Assembly (NCBI GenBank): GCA_964016885.1
Contig: OZ024742.1
Location: 331,204,001-331,268,000 of the forward strand
Length of the DNA stretch: 64,000 nucleotides
Source of the DNA: Eledone cirrhosa
Taxonomy: Eukaryota
Direction: 5' to 3'
Part shown: positions 54,740 to 64,000 of the stretch, piece by piece
Numbering within the stretch: the stretch's first letter is position 1
Layout: every line of letters starts with the position of its first letter
Translations under genes and position numbers: made by a program
The notes under the pieces: generated by a model
What the model was told of the DNA's origin: nothing
The model's input: the letters and a program-made list of their open reading frames with translations, nothing else
Database searches by the model: none

Positions 54740-55660
54740 TAATATAAGATCAAAAGATGGTTAAAAGAGTTCCAAGTATTTTATTATGCGTATTTCAAAA
54801 ACAAATATCATCATTGGATGATATCTGTGTTTTCATCAGATAAAATAGGGATACATGATATGAAGTTTAAAAAACAGTTGTGAATAGTGAAGTTTTAAAT
54901 CAACATATGAAAAGTAATTTAAGATTGATGTGTGAGATTGGGAAAAAGTGAGGGTGGGTTGGAAAAGGTAAGGAAGAGGAGGAGATGAGAGTAAAGAATG
55001 GTGGGGGAGAAGGAAGGCTGAGAGAGGAGGAGAGATGGGTGATAGAGAGAGATGATAGCCTTTACAACTGAGAAAAAATATATATTGTCTCACACAGAGA
55101 AGTTAAAATCCGTTGGAAGATAATAGATAATTTAAAAGAATTTCAAATTAAAAGTTGTTGAAGAGAAAAAGGGGTTAAGTATAATATTAAATTAAGGTAT
55201 GTATATTCAAGGTTTTAATAATATGTGCGAGGAAAATAAATTATTAATATGTATTATTAAAATTAAAATATTAATGTTAGTAAGGATATAATGTGAAAAG
55301 AAGTAGAAGAATGGATGAGATATGAATTTAGAGGAATTAGTTAGTGTTTAAGTTTGTTTTTATGTAATATATGTACGTAAACAGTTTGTTTAAAAATAAG
55401 CGTAGAAAGCAAAGAAGAAAATAATGTTTAAGGAAGAAAATATCTAACATCAACAGATATATATTATCACGAACTATTTTATAATGGTAATAATATTAAA
55501 AGAAATTAGTTAGGGTTTACGTTTGTTTTTATGTATTGTAATATGTAAAAGTAAAACGAGCATGAAAGGAAGATATAATGAATTTAAGGACGAAAAATCT
55601 AACGTAAAAAAAAATGTTTATCTTTACGAAGGACTATTAAAGGTAATACTATAATGTATT
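54740..55660 (-). mobile_element. PLE 3' UTR/terminus of the 32930 family
   Basis: Aligns with 32932-33140 and downstream blocks. Confidence 0.85.
54779..54845 (-). ncRNA. Type I hammerhead ribozyme
   Basis: ttttat-CTGATGA-aaacacagatatcat...atgatatttgtttt t-GAAA tacgc ATA-ataaaa. Confidence 0.87.
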
Positions 55661-55667
55661 AAAAAGA

Positions 55668-55858
55668 TAATTGTTTCTACTTTAGGCACAAGGCCAGCAA
55701 TTACCCAGTACATTACTGGTACTTTATTTTATCGACCCCGTAAGGATGAAAGGCAAAGTTAACCTCGACGGGATTTGAACTCAGACCGTAAAGGGACGTA
55801 ACTATGCTGGAAAGCATGGCGTCCGACTCTCTACCGATACTGCCAATCCACCGCCCTT
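55668..55858 (-). mobile_element. tRNA-derived SINE, full length (octopod-type)
   Basis: Minus strand: gggcggtggattggcagtatcgg (A box), gagttcaaatcc (B box), gcctttcatccttacggggtcgataaaa core. Confidence 0.92.
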
Positions 55859-56009
55859 AATATTAATAAAGAGCACAAGAGCGTCTACAACATCAAATGG
55901 TTTTTATTGGCATACAATATTTCTAAATATGTGTATATATAGATATATATATGTGTGTATGTACACATATATATATATATATAATTATATATATACACAT
56001 ATATACGCA

Positions 56010-56057
<48 letters not shown>

Positions 56058-56074
56058 TGCGTATATATGTGTAT

Positions 56075-59398
<3,324 letters not shown>

Positions 59399-59475
59399 GT
59401 ATAAAGAAAAAGAGATGAAATCGAAAATGCAACTGGAGTCTTAGTTTTTTTTTAAATATATATATTTATTTGGTT

Positions 59476-59513
59476 CCTTTACCGGTTTCGCAGTTCTTCT
59501 GCTTTTCAAAAGG
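59476..59513 (-). ncRNA. Minimal hammerhead ribozyme, U3-A8 core
   Basis: cctt-TTGAAAA-gcag aagaa ctgc-GAAAC cg GTA-aagg. Confidence 0.85.
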
Positions 59514-59903
59514 TGAGTTGAGATGGAGATTCTGTGGTTTTTTTCACATCTGGTTGGTCTCTGAATGTTACTTGTTTTATATGGAAAAAGTGTCTCGAAA
59601 TGCCAGGTTTTTCGAGAAGTAATTATTGGTTTGTCAATAATTATAATAAATTTCGCGCCAGTTCGCGTTACAATAGTTCTTCCAATAAGAGGGGGGGGGG
59701 GGGCGTTGTCACAGGTTGTTTTTTCATATATGAGTGTTTGAATTTCTTTTTACTTGAAAAAGGGAGGCTCACGAAGGCTTTTATTTAGTTGGTTATAAAT
59801 GAAATTATGGCTGTCACGTGAACAAATTTTCATTAAATTTTTGTGCCCTTATTTGGAAATCCATTCTGTAGCCTTTTTAGAGAATTTTTTGATAAGTAAA
59901 AGA

Positions 59904-59964
59904 TAATTGTTTCTACTTTAGGCACAAGGCCATCAAATACCCAGTGCATTACTGGTACTTTATT
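59904..59964 (-). mobile_element. 5'-truncated SINE with ~16-bp target-site duplication
   Basis: tttgataagtaaaaga is repeated at about 59888-59903 and 59964-59979; the insert is absent from the other arm. Confidence 0.85.
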
Positions 59965-60094
59965 TTGATAAGTAAAAGAGAAAGGGTTGGGAGAATTGTT
60001 CTGGTTCAGTGAATATGGTTAGTTCGCTGGGGTGTCAGAATTCAGATTTTCTATTGAATAAAGAAAGTAAAGATATGTGTGTTTATTTGTGTGC

Positions 60095-60127
<33 letters not shown>

Positions 60128-60918
60128 AATTTCTTTACTTTAAAAAAAGGTAGACACGAAGGCTTTTTTTAATAAACGGGATTTGATTGGTTATAAATGA
60201 AATTTGGCTGTCACGTGAACAAGTTTTCATTACATTTTTGCGCCCTGTAGTCTTTATAGCGAATGTTATGACAATGGAAAGTTAGTGGTCAAGAGAAAAG
60301 GGATTGGGAGAATTGTTCTGGTTCAGTGAATATGGTTAGTTCGCTGGGGTGTCAGAGTTCAGATTTTCTATTGAAGTGAAGAAATGTATGTTTATTTGTG
60401 TGCTTGTGTGTGTGTATGTGTGTGTGTGTGTGTGTGTGCATCTGTGTATTGGAAGATGATTCTATTAGTAGAAATGTGGGAGGGAGTTGTGTGTGTGTGT
60501 ATATGGGTGTTATGTGTGTGTGTGCGAGTATGTTAAGATGGAGAGAATATATATTTTGTGTGTGTGTATATATATGTGTGTAGAAAAGTGGTTCTATTAG
60601 TAGAAATGGGGAGGGAGTTGTGGGTGTGGGGGTTGGTATGTGTGTGTATGGGTGTTATGTGTGTGGGAGTATGGTTAGCATATTAAGATGAAGAGAATAT
60701 ATATATATATATATATATATTGTGTGTGTGTGTAGGAAAGTGATTCCTTTAGTAGGAATATTTTTGAATGAACATATTTTCCTTACTTATTCGTGTTTGC
60801 TTTGTATTGTCAGTGCAAACGTATGTTAAGGTTTATTTAGTTCGGGATTTTATTTTCTAATGTAGAAGGTGTTATGTGTGTGTGTGTATGTCATATTATG
60901 GTGTTGACATAATGTATA

Positions 60919-61560
60919 TTAAACCTTATTTAATGTTGGTCTATATTTTTGAATAAACATATTTTCCTTATTTATTCGCATTTGTTCTGTTGTATTGTTA
61001 GCGCAAAGGTAAAATGGGAAGACTTGGAATTTGGGTGTCTTATTACTTGCGCAAATGTCTAGATGTGCACTTAGTGGTATCTGTCTCGTGGTTGGATCTC
61101 GTAATTGTTGGCGATGAACTGTCATTCTGTTTCTGAGTGTGAGTATAGTTTGTCCTATATAATCTTCATTGCATCCTTTACATTTAATGGCATAAATTAG
61201 ATTTTTTGATGAGCAAGTGAAGTGATTTTTTACAGTAAAATTTTGTCCTGATTTAAATGTATACGTGTTGCCTTCAATGAGGTGAGTGCAGGTTCCACAA
61301 TTAGAGCGACCACATTTTTTTATACTTGGTTGTGGGTTTGTGGTAGGTAATTTGGCATTGGTGAGTAATGTTTTCAGTGATTTTGGTTGTCTTTTGCTTT
61401 TGATTATTTTGTGTGTTTCAAGGGCTTTTTTCATTCTTGGGTTTTGTTTTAGTAGTGGGATGTTATTGTGAATAGTGTTGTAAGCTTCCGCATTTCTTGG
61501 GTTGTGTGTTGAGATATATGATAGAATATTGGACGTACCTTGAATTTGTTTCTGTTTCCG
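60919..61560 (-). pseudogene. PLE linker (C-x4-CxxC) plus GIY-YIG endonuclease, 5'-truncated open frame
   Basis: YISTHNP...RQPKSLK.LL...CGRSNCGTC...TCSSKNLIYAIKCKGC..YIGQT..LRNR...H...R..KE..FI......LN. Confidence 0.93.
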
Positions 61561-62086
61561 TATTTCATCTTTACTTTCTTACTTTATTTACATCTTTACT
61601 TTCTTTATTCAATAGAAAATCTGAATTCTGACACCCCAGCGAACTAACCGTATTCACTGAACCAGAACAATTCTCCCATCCCTTTCTCTTGACCATTATC
61701 TTTTACTTATCAAAATATTCTCTAAAAAGGTTACAGAATGGATTTCCAAATAAGGGCACAAAAATGTAATGAAAATTTGTTCACGTGACAGCCATAATTT
61801 CATTTATAACCAACCAAAAAAAAGCCTTCGTGAGCCTCCTTTTTTCAAGGAAAAAGAAATTCAAACACTCATATATGAAAAAACAACCTGTGACAAACCC
61901 CTCCCCCTCTTATTTGAAGAACTATTGTAACGCGAACTGGCACGAAATTTATTATAATTATTGACAAACCAATCAATTTACTTCTCGAAAAACCTGGCAT
62001 TTCGAGCCACTTTTTCCATATAAAACAAGTAACATTCAGAGACCAACCAGATGTGAGAAAAACCACAGACCCTCCATCTCAACTCA

Positions 62087-62124
62087 CCTTTTGAAAAGCA
62101 GAAGAACTGCGAAACCGGTAAAGG
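62087..62124 (+). ncRNA. Minimal hammerhead ribozyme, U3-A8 core
   Basis: Identical to 59476-59513; palindromic stem III ACCGGT. Confidence 0.85.
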
Positions 62125-62297
62125 AACCAAATAAATATATATATTTTTTAATAAAATAAGACTCCAGTTGCATTTTCGATTTCATCTCTTTTTCTGTATA
62201 CTTTCACTCGTGTAGGACACCTCGGTTATTTTTCATTTTGTAAAAAAAACCTCACTTTCTAATATAATGTATATGTATATATATATATATATTTGAT

Positions 62298-62425
62298 TTG
62301 GTGAAAGCCGCGATTCTTTGCTTAGACTTTAATCTGTTATTTTTATAATATTTGCCCTACGGTTCTTGTATATTTTGAAATATATTTATACTTATCGAGC
62401 CCTCTTTGGATTTTCGACTTCACTT

Positions 62426-62440
<15 letters not shown>
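62298..62440 (+). mobile_element. Terminal fragment of the 5851-10191 PLE family
   Basis: Diverged reverse complement of 5851-5990. Confidence 0.85.
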
Positions 62441-62456
<16 letters not shown>

Positions 62457-62608
62457 TATGGATGTATATATAATGTATTTTGTAATACACTATTTCAGAG
62501 CTCCAATTCTAATTTTTATATATATATATATATATATATATGGATGTATATATAATTTATTTTGCAATATACTATTTCAGAGCTCCAATTCTAATTTATA
62601 TATATATA

Positions 62609-62682
<74 letters not shown>

Positions 62683-62776
62683 TGCGTATATATGTGTATA
62701 TATATAAATATATACATATATATATATGTGTACATACACACACATATTTATATATACACACACACATATTTATATA

Positions 62777-62856
<80 letters not shown>

Positions 62857-62937
62857 CATATATATATATACATATATATATATATACATAATATACGCAT
62901 ATTTATATATGTATATATATATAAATATATATATATA

Positions 62938-64000
62938 TTTATTAAAATAACAGATTAAAGTTTAAGCAAAGAATCGCTGCTTTCACACTTAACTGGATTT
63001 CTGAAACTAACAAAGTCAGTCTGTGAACGCAGAAGTGAATATTTCAAAAAACGTTGCATCCGGAGGAAGACAGGAAGACGATACTTTGGTTTGTGGAAAC
63101 GTTATCTGGCAAATAACGGGAAAAAACGAATATATACGTCATTTTTTTGAGCGGTGAAAAACAATTACACGCAAAGACATTACTCTCATAGAAAGCCGAA
63201 TGATAAGCTTAAATACGTAAGTAAGCTTTCTAATCATCAGGCCAGCATAACCAAGAACCTGGTAAGAAACGTTTATTTGAGGCTTTCCCGTCTACTACTA
63301 ACGAGCATAATTTCAACGACCATTCCACATATTACAATGAAGTTCTTGCTCGGAGTGGATTTGTCGATAAGGTAGCATATAACGAGTACGAGAATAGACA
63401 CAGAAGAAATAGATCACTTATTATGGTGCATTTCCCCCTACACATAAATATAGTAAAACTTTTAATGGAAATACTATTAAAATGTCTTACTCTACGACTC
63501 CTAACCTTGCACATAACATCACAGCTTAAAATTTAGCTAAACTACCTAGCCGTAGGAACACGTGCAACCCTGTAGTTTGTACTATACTGTAATTGTAGGA
63601 ATAGGGTTGACTGCCCCCTATCCGTGAAATGCCTCTCTAGTAACTTTGTCTACAAATGTAAGGTTGAAACACCCACGTCCCGTAGGGCCTACATAGGGTT
63701 AACCTCCAATAGATTCAAGCATCGCCTTTATATGCATACCCATTCTTTTTGTTACCCTATCAGAAGGAATATGACGTCACTTTCAGCTTATATCTGGAGT
63801 CTAAAGGTCAACCATACCCACTATAATTTACACTGGGAGATCCTTGCTAGAGCTAGATCGTATAACGGAAATAAAAGACCATGTGACCTCTGCGCCACTG
63901 AGGCTCTGGAAATACTCTACGCCAAAGACCACATCTTAAACACAAAACTGAGGCAATTTCGGCTTGTAAACATAAATTGCACAACACTTTCCTGTATTAC
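62938..64000 (+). mobile_element. Another copy of the 5851-10191 family: inverted pseudo-LTR (62938-63180) plus degenerate RT thumb/GIY-YIG (63186 to window end)
   Basis: 62938-63180 matches 5941-6184; 63186-64000 matches 8268-9157, with a deletion near 63416. Confidence 0.92.

Larger units (their letters stand above)
59404..62265 (-). mobile_element. 5'-truncated Neptune-like PLE with ~670-bp inverted pseudo-LTR (59404-60072 and 61593-62265)
   Basis: Inverted arms, GIY-YIG ORF and (TA)n flanks; the UTR has an internal duplication at 60125-60400. Confidence 0.94.

Overview
AT-rich, microsatellite-laden eukaryotic DNA, most likely cephalopod/octopod (inferred from the SINE, MITE and Tx1 repeats). 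No host gene is recognisable, and most listed ORFs are translated (TA)n/(CA)n repeats. The window is dominated by Penelope-like retroelements (PLEs; RT plus GIY-YIG endonuclease) of at least three linker types. Nearly all are 5'-truncated, embedded in (TA)n and arranged as inverted or foldback structures. By eye I can fold about 25 type I hammerhead ribozyme (HHR) motifs from about 14 sequence families at their ends. These include non-canonical cores (U3-A8, U4A, U4C), multi-branched stem II insertions and family-specific palindromic stem III sequences. Other highlights are a 4.3-kb spacerless palindrome folded next to the YRDD motif, non-coding palindromic mini-elements, retrozyme-like tandem units and multi-family chimeras. 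Also present are a near full-length degenerate RTE LINE, a deleted Gypsy element flanked by a 111-bp duplication, tRNA-derived SINEs, a TTAA MITE and older LINE relics. All folds, clade names and identity estimates are manual and need computational confirmation.
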